This document shows positions 1 to 12,479 of a stretch of 53,837 bases of DNA, piece by piece (within the stretch, counting starts at the first letter, position 1; every line of letters starts with the position of its first letter). The notes beneath the pieces were generated by a model. That model saw only the letters and a program-made list of their open reading frames with translations. It had not been told where the DNA came from and made no database searches. The DNA comes from Mesotaenium endlicherianum (Eukaryota), in assembly GCA_009602735.1 (NCBI GenBank), contig WELA01002296.1, positions 120,564 through 174,400 of the forward strand. The letters are read 5' to 3'. A program made the translations under genes and the position numbers.

Positions 1-2502
1 GGGGGGTGGGGGGGTTTGCATTATCTACACTGTGTGGGGAAGTAGCCACCCTGCCGCTCTTGCTGCTTCTTGAAGGACAGCCAACAGGGGAGGGTGGAGT
101 CGAGTTGGGTGCTCGACTATCTTCCATGCGATTAAGAAGCAGCCGCTTTTGCTGCTTTGGTGTTGGGGATGGGGATGCATAGTGTCAGGGGCCCGGGTTT
201 TTGGTTCGGGTTTGAGTTGAGGGTTTTGCAGGTTACGGGTCTGACCTGGCCGGCTGAGGAGTGGTGTGCGTTGGTTTGGCATGTTTTATACAAAAAAATG
301 CTGTCAAGTGAAGTGAAATTAATTAAACTAAACTATACTGACGTGAGCTGACCAGCTGAGCTAAATTGAGCCAGCCAGCCAGCCAGCCAGCTGGCCCGCA
401 CACATCGAAGGCTTACGAGGCCACGCAATGCCTCCTGAGTTCATCACGTGTGCCACACAGATGGCGTGTCCTCATTGGATGCAGGCCCTGCAGGCAGAGC
501 GCCGGTTCCCTCTCCCCGACCTCCGCTCTTTTAGCAGGGCCCACATGCCTCCCCTCAGAAAAAAATTCCCCGTTAGTAAAGTTGCCTCCTCAGAAGAAAG
601 GCACGCGTCTTCCTCATTGTCTGTCTCTCCACGACGTTGAAGCTTCTCTCGGACGAGTGTAACACGTGGGGAGTTGCTGTGTGCTGCGTGTGTTTTCAGG
701 ACAACGCAACAAGTGGCAAGCGGGGGCTGGGCATTGGCGACATGCCGAAGAAAGTTGCGGGCGCCCGCTGGAAGGGTGCCAAGGTCACCTTTGAGAGCGA
801 CGATGACGACGACGATGAAGGCAAGGCTGGAGAGGGAGGCAAAGGAGGCGAAGGAGGCGAAGGAGGCGAAGGAGGCGAAGGAGGAGGAGGAGGAGACGGT
901 GCACCTCCGGCCGATGGAGCAGCAGCAGCAAGTGCGGTGACGGCAGGTGCGGGGAAGAAGGAGAAGAAGGGGAAGACGTCGAAGAGGGCGGCAGAGGAGA
1001 GTGGGGGGGAGGTCGAGGAGGAGGAGGAGGAGGAGGAGGCAGGGGGGGCACCCAAGAAGAGCAAGAGCAAGAGGAGGGGGGGGAGCGAGGGCAGCGAGGA
1101 GGGGCTGAAGAAGAAGGCTCGGAAAGGAAAGAGCTCAGGCGCAAGCGCAAGCGAGCTGTTGGAGGAGGGAGCAGATGTTGGGCAGAAGGGAGTCGATGCA
1201 AGGGAAGATGTGAAGGGGGATGCGGCGAGCCGGGGGGGTAGGGGGGGGGNNNNNNNNNNNGGGGGGGGTGGGGGGGTTTGCATTATCTACACTGTGTGGG
1301 GAAGTAGCCACCCTGCCGCTCTTGCTGCTTCTTGAAGGACAGCCAACAGGGGAGGGTGGAGTCGAGTTGGGTGCTCGACTATCTTCCATGCGATTAAGAA
1401 GCAGCCGCTTTTGCTGCTTTGGTGTTGGGGATGGGGATGCATAGTGTCAGGGGCCCGGGTTTTTGGTTCGGGTTTGAGTTGAGGGTTTTGCAGGTTACGG
1501 GTCTGACCTGGCCGGCTGAGGAGTGGTGTGCGTTGGTTTGGCATGTTTTATACAAAAAAATGCTGTCAAGTGAAGTGAAATTAATTAAACTAAACTATAC
1601 TGACGTGAGCTGACCAGCTGAGCTAAATTGAGCCAGCCAGCCAGCCAGCCAGCTGGCCCGCACACATCGAAGGCTTACGAGGCCACGCAATGCCTCCTGA
1701 GTTCATCACGTGTGCCACACAGATGGCGTGTCCTCATTGGATGCAGGCCCTGCAGGCAGAGCGCCGGTTCCCTCTCCCCGACCTCCGCTCTTTTAGCAGG
1801 GCCCACATGCCTCCCCTCAGAAAAAAATTCCCCGTTAGTAAAGTTGCCTCCTCAGAAGAAAGGCACGCGTCTTCCTCATTGTCTGTCTCTCCACGACGTT
1901 GAAGCTTCTCTCGGACGAGTGTAACACGTGGGGAGTTGCTGTGTGCTGCGTGTGTTTTCAGGACAACGCAACAAGTGGCAAGCGGGGGCTGGGCATTGGC
2001 GACATGCCGAAGAAAGTTGCGGGCGCCCGCTGGAAGGGTGCCAAGGTCACCTTTGAGAGCGACGATGACGACGACGATGAAGGCAAGGCTGGAGAGGGAG
2101 GCAAAGGAGGCGAAGGAGGCGAAGGAGGCGAAGGAGGAGGAGGAGGAGACGGTGCACCTCCGGCCGATGGAGCAGCAGCAGCAAGTGCGGTGACGGCAGG
2201 TGCGGGGAAGAAGGAGAAGAAGGGGAAGACGTCGAAGAGGGCGGCAGAGGAGAGTGGGGGGGAGGTCGAGGAGGAGGAGGAGGAGGAGGAGGCAGGGGGG
2301 GCACCCAAGAAGAGCAAGAGCAAGAGGAGGGGGGGGAGCGAGGGCAGCGAGGAGGGGCTGAAGAAGAAGGCTCGGAAAGGAAAGAGCTCAGGCGCAAGCG
2401 CAAGCGAGCTGTTGGAGGAGGGAGCAGATGTTGGGCAGAAGGGAGTCGATGCAAGGGAAGATGTGAAGGGGGATGCGGCGAGCCGGGGGGGTAGGGGGGG
2501 GG
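1..2502 (+). repeat. Near-identical direct duplication (1-1249 vs 1263-2502) across an N gap; contains a truncated second copy of the GDP1-like exon (700-1249)
   Basis: Identical ORF translations at offset 1262; N gap at 1250-1260; copy 1 has one extra GGAGGCGAA unit. Probably an assembly or haplotype artefact. Confidence 0.9.
1660..1808 (+). repeat. ~150-bp dispersed repeat (intronic copy; also at 398-546 and 23602-23749)
   Basis: GCACACATCGAAGGCTTACGAGGCCACGCAATGCCTC...CCGCTCTTTTAGCAGGGCCCACAT recurs at 23602-23749 with few substitutions. Confidence 0.9.
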
Positions 2503-3030
2503 GCAAGAAGAGAAAGGCTGACGTGGGTGAGGCCGAGGCAGGGGCAGGGGCTGATAGGGCCGCCCGTGGCGGGAGTGGCGCTGACGGTGAGGATGAGGCC
2601 TTGGAGGGAGGAGCGGGCGGAAGCAAGGGGGCGCTCCTCGGAGAGCAGAAAAAGGGGAAGGAGGAGACGAGGGAAAAGAAGAGGCGGAGGAGTGGCGTGG
2701 AGGGGGCGGAGGAGGTGAAGGAGGAGGAAAAGGAGGGAGCTGAGAAGGTGAAGAAAGCGAAGAAGGGTAAGAAGGGAGAGAAGAGGGCAGAGGGGAAGGG
2801 AGAAGGAAGACAGGAGGCTGCCAACGGGCACGCGGAGGCTGAGCCAAGCGCCGAGAAGGGTAGCAAGAAGAAGGGGAGGAAGGGCGGAGCGGAGCCCGAC
2901 AGCGCGGGCAGGCATGCCGATGGGGAAGCCGGAGCTTCGGGAGCGCCAGCTGGCAGCGAGACGACGAAAGTCCCCTGGGCGAAGCTCATCTCGGACGCGC
3001 TGCGAGATGTAAGCGGCTCGGCTGAGCGAG

Positions 3031-3073
<43 letters not shown>

Positions 3074-4783
3074 TAATGTATGTCTGGCCATTGCGTGTGC
3101 CCCTTTCGCCGGCCAGTGTGTCTGCCTGTTGCGTGTGCCCCTTGCGTTGGCCAGTGTGTGCATCTGCTTCAAATCATAGGCTCTTCCCACCCGCCGCTAA
3201 TGCTTACTTTGATTCTCTTCCGTTTGTTGGGAACTCGACATTGCTACCGTCTGTGTGCGCACGCCTGCCCTGAGTTCCGCTTGCCTCTAACCGCGTCTTG
3301 GGTCATGGAGTGGTAACTCCCCTCGAAAATCTGGGTGAAAAAGCACCCAGAATTCAAACATTAAAAATAGCGACCTGAAATCAAAATCTCAGAATTTGTA
3401 CAGCAAATACCTGGGAAAATTAGTGAAAGGATTCAATATTGTAGGGACCTGAATTCAAAAATCGGGAAAATTCAGCGCCAGCTTACCCCCCATGTCTCAG
3501 GTACACCGCACCCGCAACCTGCCAACTATCGCTCGGCGGGTTCTGCCAGCTGTCTGAGATCTTCCCTCAACGGGTGTCTGTCTGGTTTCCTGACTCCAAA
3601 CACCTCATGCTGCTGTTGTTCAGTAGGAACGTGCAGCGCAGCGTCTGTTCTTAGTCGCAGCCCCCGCTCTCGCGCGTGCAGCATGACGCCGTTGTGTCCG
3701 TGTGTGCGTGTATGTGTGTGTGTATGTGCGTGTGTGCGTGTGCGCGTGCGTGCGTGTGCGCGTGTGTGCATGTGTGTGTGCGTGTGTGCGCGCATGTGGA
3801 ATGAATATGGCTCTGGGGTGGAGGGGGGAGCAGGGCGCGAGCCGCGGGGGCATGAAGATAAAGAAGCTGCAGAAGCGAGTGCTGGCCTCGGCCGTGGCTG
3901 CTCTCAACAGCCACGCTCCACCCAAGGAGGCCCTCGTCGCCGCTTTCACTCAGAAGGTGCGGCACACGCACGCATGTGTTTGCGCTTGCTCGCGCGCATG
4001 CATGCATGCTTGCTTGCACGCATGCACGCTTGGACGCATCTGCGCACTCTCGTCTCGCATGATTCTCTCTCCTATGTAGATTGTGCGCAGTTGCTCGCTT
4101 AACCACGAGCACACTTACGACGACTACTCGCACACAGACATACGTGCACGCACGCGTGCGTGTGCGCGTGCGTGTGGGTGTGCGTGTGCGTGTGTGTGTC
4201 CGCCTGTGTGCATTGTCACGCTCTGTACTGCTGTCTTAGATCTTTTGTTCACATGTTGTGTATGTGAGGTAATGCTTAGGGCATGTGCTCAACTGCATGT
4301 ATCTTCTAGAGAGGCTACTTGTACAAACTTGATCCAAGGGTGCAGGACGCGTCCCGATTGGGGCTGCTTTAGTTGGGAGCTCGTGGTCGGCAGTTGCTGA
4401 AGGAAGGGCAGCAGCTGGCTTACGTGTGCTTTATTCGGTGTAGGGATTGTCCAGTTGCTCCGTGAGGAGAGCCTGACTCTGAGGCGTATGTGGGGCAGGT
4501 CGTGGTGTTGGCGATTTTGAAAAGATAAAGCCTTTGAGTGAATGTGCGGCTGGATGTGGCTTTTTTAAAGCATGGCTGCGAATGCGAGCTGTGTATAGAT
4601 GCGCCACGTCAGTGTATCACACTCTTGCTCATTGGTCTGTTCCGCCGTTTTGTTTGCTTGTTTGTTTGTATGCTCCCCCCCTCCTTCTCCTCGTCCCCTC
4701 GTCTCCCCCATTTTTACATGCAGATCAAGAGCAGTGCAAAGTTTGCCGTGGAGGGTGACCTCGTCAGTCTTGCCAGCAGCTAG
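1962..4783 (+). CDS. GDP1: G-patch domain nucleolar protein (plant GDP1-like), last three exons; 5' exons lie upstream of the window
   Basis: Exons 1962-3008, 3834-3956 and 4724-4783, all GT-AG and phase 0, ending in TAG at 4781-4783. DNATSGKRGLGIGDMPKKVAGARWKGAKVTFESDDDD and the C-terminal W-x-KLI...GGMKIKKL...IKSSAKFAVEGDLVSLASS match the C-terminal half of Arabidopsis GDP1 as I recall it (DKATAGKQGLGIKDRPKKIAG...SGKFVVEGKKISLVSS). The G-patch itself is outside the window. Confidence 0.8.
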
Positions 4784-7280
4784 AGGTTTCGCTACCAGGT
4801 GAATCGAAGCGCATGCACGCATGGTGTCGCACTGGCTCCATACCATTGTGCAGCTTGCGATTGTTTAGTGCCATTGGTTTCTAACAGCAGGTTGTTTCCA
4901 ATTCTCAGCAGTGGGTTACGTTTTCATTCTAGACACAAGAATGTGGGAGCCTTGCCAGTGCTGAAATAGTATTAGTTAGAATTTTTTTTGGAGGTTTCAT
5001 GCGTAAGCATGTAATCAAATTTGGGCCCACAGGGTTTTGTTACTTAATGTGTTAGGCTTGTACATATACCATGACATGGTTTCAAGAATTATAGGTGCAT
5101 GTATTTCTTTGCCAAGACTCGATCAAACCAATCCCTTTCTTTTTGTTATAACTCTTTGCCGACTTGTAGATTGAGTGAGTTGTCAATGAGCTTCACTATT
5201 AACAGTGATGTGCCCCAATGAGCCTTCTTCTGCAATTTGTGTTTATTTATTGAGCCCACATATTCGCATATTATGAAATTTCATGATACTTTTTACGCGA
5301 TGCACTCAATTAAACTTGATATAGCACTTGTCATTGAAATACACATGACGCAACTTCATCGAAACAAGAATCGATCGAGTGCAAAGCTAGTCTCGTACGC
5401 CTAGGGGCGGCTAGATTTATATGCTGATATGCTATGCAGAAAGTTTATAATAGCAAAAGTTTAATTTAATGTGTCCTTACATATGTTACAGCTAGCAAGT
5501 TACAAGGTACATGTTAGATTCCATGTGAACTCGTAATTCTGTAACTTTTTAGAACAGCAATCTGCGCAGTTGGCAACTACCAAAGATTCGCGAATTTGGT
5601 GTAGTCAACTTATGATTTGACGTCTTAAGAGACCATGTGGCACGTAACTTACCTACTAACCCCAATTCCTTAAAACTTCTAGGCAAGTCTTGCGACTCAG
5701 TGATCAACTTGACATGTAAATTTTTGGCAGCTTTTACTAGCAGATTAGCAAGAACAAAAGCCATGCTAGGAGTTATACAAAGCATTGGACATGGAACTTC
5801 TAGTCATAGAAGAGCATCATGGCATTTCCCTCCCGCCCTCGTGCAAGACCACTTAAATTTAAAATCTTTGACTTTTTCTCTGCAAAATGTCGAATCAAAG
5901 TTTTGTAATGAAAATTATTAGTCGCCAGTGTGCCATGAAAATATGGAGGGCCCTTAGGCCTATTTCTGAACAGTGAACATGATCCCTGAGGGCTGGTAGA
6001 TACTGGACTTGCGTAAGCCGCTGACGTCAAGGGGCTGCCTGCATGCCGTGGAAGCCATCTGGATGCGCACATTTGATTAATAAGCCTACGCATCAAATTC
6101 AAGAAATTGTCCAAGGAATTAAGAAAATGTTCAGAAACTTCTTCATTGGCGCGTCCCTTGGGTTTCAGCCGCATTAAGCTCCAGCGGACTTCTGAGTCCT
6201 GACCAATGTAAGCGCGTTGACCAGGAAGTGGTTGTTGCTGTGGTTGACCGTCAGTATGTCACGCCTCATGTACCAGGAATGAAGGAACTTGAAAACAATG
6301 GCAAAAATTGGCGAAAACCCAGAAATTAAAGACGATGCGGGCTAGGACACGGACCGAGTGGGACGCCGAATGCCTTTAAAATTTTTGGTCCACTCGTGAA
6401 CAAGTTTTTAAGTGATGCCAATATATTTGCAATAGTTTCATCACCTTTTTGGCCATAGCAAAAACGATACGGATTCTGATCGAGCTTCAACTGTTACATC
6501 TAAATTCGCTCTATTTTCAAAAACATTTTGATCCTGCCCCTCTCGCAAATTTCTCTATTGACCTGCTGTACTGCCCCGACGACCTTCGCTTCTTTCCGCC
6601 GCTTTCTTCAGGATAGCTTCAGTGCTTCAGAGCACTTCAGAATATTTCAGGGCTATAGCTGGCTATAGCTGCTTGACTTTGCATTGCCGGCAAAAGCGCG
6701 CCTGGCGTCGCATGGCGTGGCCTGGCGCATGGCCTGGCGTGTGCTGGCGTGGCCCTTGTCTGCCCTTCTCTGATTGGGCAAACTTTAGACGTTGACCAGT
6801 CAAGCCAAGTCAAGACATGAAATTTCTCAAAAGTCTACAGCAACCAAGGTTTGACCTCGCATCACTTGGTTACCGCCCGCAAGGCCCAGCGCTCAAGAGG
6901 GAAGGAAGCTCGCCAGTTGCGCGTGAGGGTGGACTCCAGCGACCTCTCACGCTTCGTGGCGCAACCCGCAGGCTACATAAAGAGAGCTTTGTTGATTGTA
7001 TATATTGAAGTACGATCGGTGATGCTGCTCCCGTAGCACAGTAGAGCTCAATAGACGTCTCTGAGCTATACAAGGTCCTCCCGGAAGGATTTAGACAGTC
7101 AGCTGCACACTAGTAACTTCATTCAATATACCAATCCATTAGTATCACAATCATCAACCTGATTCCTCGGTGGGGGTGCCAATAAGGTCCGACGTACGTA
7201 CCACTGCAGAGCTCGTTATACAAGTAGACAAGTAAATTCTGCTGCATAACTTTCTCAAAGAGAGTATCTCCTGAGGCCAA

Positions 7281-8413
7281 ATGAGGAGCCGACGAAGTCT
7301 CCTGCTACCCCTTCTGGCTGCCTTCGTCTTCGTGGCTGGCACCATGGCTGAAGCAGGGGGAGTGAGCTGCCCAGCTTCCCCCCTCGACCTGTGCGACTTC
7401 TACTTCGAGGGCTATCACGACCAGGTGCCGACATTCTTCCTGCCAACCAGGGGCGGGGACAAGCGCATAAGCCCGCACGTGATCGACTCTCACACGAAAG
7501 AAGTGATTGAGATCGACTCCACAGGGCGCGGCCAGTTCCTGTGCCCCTACGACGACAAAATCGACGCAGGTCTCCAGTTTTACGGTGTGGGCCAGCAGGC
7601 TGCCGTGCAGGTTCGAACCTTCAACCAGCCGGGGAGGAGCTTTTTTGACGATCGCTGCATTTTACTGCCCGTCACAGCTGCCCAGATCCCAACTCCAGGA
7701 CAGCACAGCGTGCACAACTTGAACCCGGGCGACGGCAACCAGAAATATCCGTCTGCTCGACGCTGCGTGATCTTCAAGACGGGGTCCAACCCCCCGCCAT
7801 CTGGCACTTGCACCAGCATCCCTGACCCCACTCCCTCCCCTCCTCCGCCACCTCCCCCTTCTCCTCCCCCACCTTCTCCATCTCCCCCTCCCCCATCACC
7901 NNNNNNNNNNNNNNNNNNNNNNNNNNNNNNNNNNNNNNNNNNNNNCCTTCCCCGCCCCCTCCCTGCCCGTCTGGCTGCCCCACCAACCCTCTCCAGGTGT
8001 GCGACTTCTACTTTGACGGCTACAACAGCGCTGTCCCCTCCTTCAAGCTCTCTCACTCTCCCAACACCGACGCCGCTATCAGTCCCTACATCAAGACGAA
8101 CGTTGACGGCAACACGCAGGTGGTAGAGGTGGACAACTCCGGGGAGGGCTCCTTCCTACAGTGCCCGCCACCTGGCAACCCCATCTCGGCTCTGGGCCAG
8201 TTCTACGTGACAGAGCAGAGGGCGCGGCTCTACCACCGCGTGTTCCAAAAGCAACCACTTGGTGTCGGCTGGTTTGAGGACAGGTGCGTGCTTCTGCCCC
8301 TCAGAAGCGTGCAGGTGCAGGTCGGCGGCCAGACAGTGAACCTCAACCCGGGCGACGGAAATGAGAACTTTCCTGAGAGCAGGCGCTGCATTGTGTTCCA
8401 TACGGAGCACTAA
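7281..8413 (+). CDS. Secreted protein with two homologous ~140-aa Cys-rich domains joined by a Ser-Pro-rich (extensin-like) linker
   Basis: Signal-peptide-like N-terminus MRSRRSLLLPLLAAFVFVAGTMA. Domain 1 CPASPLDLCDFYFEGY...DDRCILLP...NLNPGDGNQKYPSARRCVIFKT; domain 2 CPTNPLQVCDFYFDGY...EDRCVLLP...NLNPGDGNENFPESRRCIVFHT. The SPPPP linker spans the N gap (7901-7945), which explains the frame change between ORFs 7281..8126 and 7997..8413. Confidence 0.8.
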
Positions 8414-10289
8414 ATCAGGGTGCCGGTGCTGCCAGCCAGCTGTCAGATCGAAGGAAACTTCCAATAATTTGCTGGCATTCAATAAGGCAGGGCAGCATGC
8501 GCAAATTGCCGAGTTTGAGTAAATTAAAGCTAGCTTTCGTGAACGATGGAATTTTCAATGTTAAATTCAGAAATCTTTACACATTCAGGCAATTAAGGTG
8601 ATCAATGGCTGCTCCATCAACATACACAAGTCGGAACTTGCTGGCCTTTGGATCATAGTTGGAGTGAAGAACATTGAGAGCCAGCCACTCTTGGCGTCCT
8701 CTTAAGATGCCCTACAATCTCTTTTGAAGGTGGGTCTGGGATTTTTTTATCTTACTTATTCAATTGAAGGTGTTATAGTTCAGCTCGATAGGATGTTTTG
8801 ACTGGAAGCTCTTACTCCATATTAGAATATTCGCCGAGCTGTAGGCGAATATTCTGTTTGCTAGGAAGCTCAGGCCAGGTTAAAATTCAGCTCAACTAGG
8901 ACCTTCTCAACTGGTTTATTACATTTATTCTGGTGAATTATTGATGAGTTGATTACCAGCTGTGCGAGTTATAATAAGATTTTATGATACAGGGTGCTTC
9001 CCTTGTGTGGCGGACACTGACAAGAATGAAAGGGCAATAGTACGCCTGATTGACCTACTGATGTTCCAGCTGCAAAAAGACGTGTTCTGTTTCCAACAAC
9101 TGCACACTTTTTGACTCCATGCATGCCTAGCTAAATATTCTCTAGTCCGGAAATACGCCCTTTCCACGGTTACTATATCCGTGCAATTTCAACTTCTTCT
9201 TCACTAGCTATAAAGATGCAGAATACATTGAAGTGTTTGGTTGAACCTCATATTGCAGATGTAAGTGCTTACACCCTCAACATCTTGCATACACATTAAA
9301 CATTTGCTCCCAGTTGCGACTGTACGCGTACAAGTGGGTACATCAAAGACACTAGTACAAGTCATCAAAACTCGAATTTGAACGTCTGTAGGGAATCTGA
9401 GTATGCAGAAATTAATGACATTCAAAACAATTCGAAGCTCGACCAGTACCTCGCCTGGTGCATTAACTCATGCACGTACACAATCCTGCTCTAAGACGGG
9501 CATAGATACTAGCTAGCTCGCGTGTCTTTTCCTTACCAGCTATAAGAACAATAATGTACTAGCATGCATTGTTGAGAATCTTCCAATTTTCCCATCATAA
9601 AGTTGTAGCCCACAGCACGTACTATATTTCAGCACCTAGCTACAGGTGCAACATTCGACCATGCCACTCGGTTCTTATGAGGTGCCAAACATCGCCAGCA
9701 ACAAAGCATTCGATGAGTCTTACGACAAGCAATTCCACATAAAAGTTGTTCTAAGATAGGGTCCAGAAGTCACTTCTGGTGCTTCAGTAACGGGCATCGA
9801 GCTGACTGAATGCGTAAGGCCTGCAAATGTACATCACGAAGAATTAACGGGGGGGGGGGGGGAGGGGAAGAGAGAGCTGTCAGCACGCACCAGGACCANG
9901 GGGGGGGGAAGAGAAAAAATCTCGGATGTCTGCATGTCTCAGCATCGTTCAGAAAATGCAACACAAAAGGAAGGGACAGGCAATACTTGCAGGAGTGATG
10001 GAATAGCTTGACTCTGGATCTCAAATGTCTTGAAGTACAATGACCACCCGACGGGTCGAGGGGACTGCTAAGACTCCAACTGCCAACTACCAGCGCACTA
10101 GTCGGGGCTAGCGCTAGAATCTAGCACATGCTTTCAAACCTAGAGGCTAGATTCCTCCAGCATTTGCAATTTGGCTCACCGTACACATCACACCTGATCA
10201 CCGAGTAAACACAACTAGAGAGCCCGATGCGCTACACGTACAGCATGACATATGTCCTCTTCCACCTGCCGCGGCTTCTGCTCCCTCCT

Positions 10290-11888
10290 TCACAGCGACA
10301 TGAACAGGTCCGGCAGCTGCACAAATGGCAGCATGCCCTCGCCAAACAGCGCGACGAGGGCTTCCAGCAGAGCCCCGTCGTCCACGTCCTCCTTCCACGC
10401 AACCGACAGCACATCCAAGCAGCTCTCCGATTCGCCTCTCCCGGCCCCCACCCCCTTCCCCTTCCGCTCACCTTCCTGCCCCACAGCCTGCTGCTTCATC
10501 TTCCCCTCCTCCTGAGAGCCTTCCCCCTTAGGCCCCTCCTTAGCTCCAGCCCCAGCCCCAGCTCCAGCCCCAGCCCCAGCCCCAGCAGCAGCGCCACTGG
10601 GCGAGCCAGCACCAGCCCCAGCGCCCGGGCCCCCTGTACCGGCAGCAGCGCTCCCCTCCTTATCGCTGCTCTGCCTTGGCAAATCGGCCCCGCCAGCGTG
10701 CGTCAAATCGCCCCCGCCCCCCTCTAGGCCACCGCCACCAGTCGTAGTCGCCTGCCCCTGCGCAGCCGCCCCCTCCTCTCCAGCCCCGCCTCCGGACAAT
10801 CCTCGCGGTGAATGCTCCCCGGCCCCCGGCGGGCCAGCAGCCGCGTCGAGCGGGGAGGGGGAGATAGGGACCTCCCCGTCTGGCCTGGTATCCATTGGAG
10901 ACGCGCCGTCCAATTGCGACGCACCGTCGCGTGCCTCAAGCTCCATGTCGTTATTCAGAGAATGAAGAGGCCCATTCTTCCCCTGCCCTTCCTTCGCCCT
11001 CTGCTCCCCCTCCTCCTCCCCCCCCTCCTCCTCCTCCTCCTTGCTGTCGCGGTTCTTCCCTTCTGCCCCTGCCCCTTCCTCCTGAGGAAAGGCCTCCCGG
11101 AGGCTCTTGGCTCTCTGATGGGACTCCTCTGCGGAGAGGCGCTTGAGGGAAGGCGCTTGCGCCGGGACAAGATCTGCTCGCACCTCAGCGACGTGTGGCG
11201 GACAAGTCAGGATCAATGCGTGCACGTGCACACGCACGCGCACGCACGCGCACACACACACATACACACACATACGCACACACACACGCACGCACGCAGC
11301 GCACACGCATACACATGCACACATACACACAGGCACATCCGCGAACGCGCTCGCGCACACACTTGCACACACATGTATGCAGGACCAAGAAAATGCACGC
11401 GCATGCACACGCAGGCGCAGGCGGCTAAGTGCCTGGAGGGGAGCTAAGTAGAAGCTGGACCATAAAATAAGCAGTCCGAGTGAGCATAGCCTTCAAGAAA
11501 AAACGAGGAGAGGAACAGAACAAGAAAACGCAGGAGGCAGAAGAAAGGAAGGAAGGAGAAAGAATAGGGAGGGGGGCAAGAGGAAGGAGATGGGAAACAA
11601 GCAATCGATCGCGATGATGCGGAAGAATAGCAAGAGAGTGGTGTGGGAGCCCGCCATCTCTGCCCCTCTCTCCACCCCTCCCCACATCCCCGCACACACA
11701 CGCACCTGGCGGGGGCCGTGTGGTGGCAACTCGGGCACCAGGCATGAGCATCACTCTCCTCCTACTGCTCCTGCTGCCGCTGCTGCCCCCCTGCTCACTC
11801 CCTGCACCTACTGCTGCACCTCCTACCCCCCCTGCTGTCCCACCGGCTGCTGCTGCTCCTGCTGCCGCACCAGTTCCTCCTTCTCCTC

Positions 11889-11924
<36 letters not shown>

Positions 11925-12396
11925 CCGAGAACCCGGGCGGCTGAGGAGAGCGCAGGCGCTCGTATATACACAGCCCTGCCGCATGCTGCACGCAAGCACA
12001 GGCAGACACGTGGCAGCATGCACCGCCCCTTCCTCGTCAGCGCCTTCAGGCTTCCACAATTCAACAAGTGCTGACGGATGTGTGCTGCCGTGGCTGCCAA
12101 TGCCGGCCCTGGCTGCAAGAGCCGCGCTCGTGCGCGCGCGTGCGCTGCCGCTACCCACGCAGAGTTACCCAGGAGATATGATACTCAGAAGCTTTTGGTC
12201 TTCTACCAATCGTGCGGACGCAAGGGGCGTTGCGCGCACACATGCGCATGTATGTGACGAGCGCCAGGGGGGTGCATGAGTCGTTCACCCCCGAGAGAGG
12301 AAGGCACAGCAACATTCAGAAGGCCAGCTCAAGACCAGATGGGCGTTGCGCTTGGACATGTACGCAATATTGAGCACTCGAGCGCGAGCTATTGCT

Positions 12397-12479
<83 letters not shown>

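Noticed and set aside
5549..6174. Short AT-rich ORFs between the GDP1-like gene and the secreted-protein gene
   Set aside because: No recognisable motif or splice structure; possibly decayed TE but unsupported.
8982..9425. Cys-rich minus-strand fragments (CLMC...YICN) resembling a transposase C-terminal zinc finger
   Set aside because: Ligand spacing is incomplete and interrupted by stops; no catalytic domain nearby.
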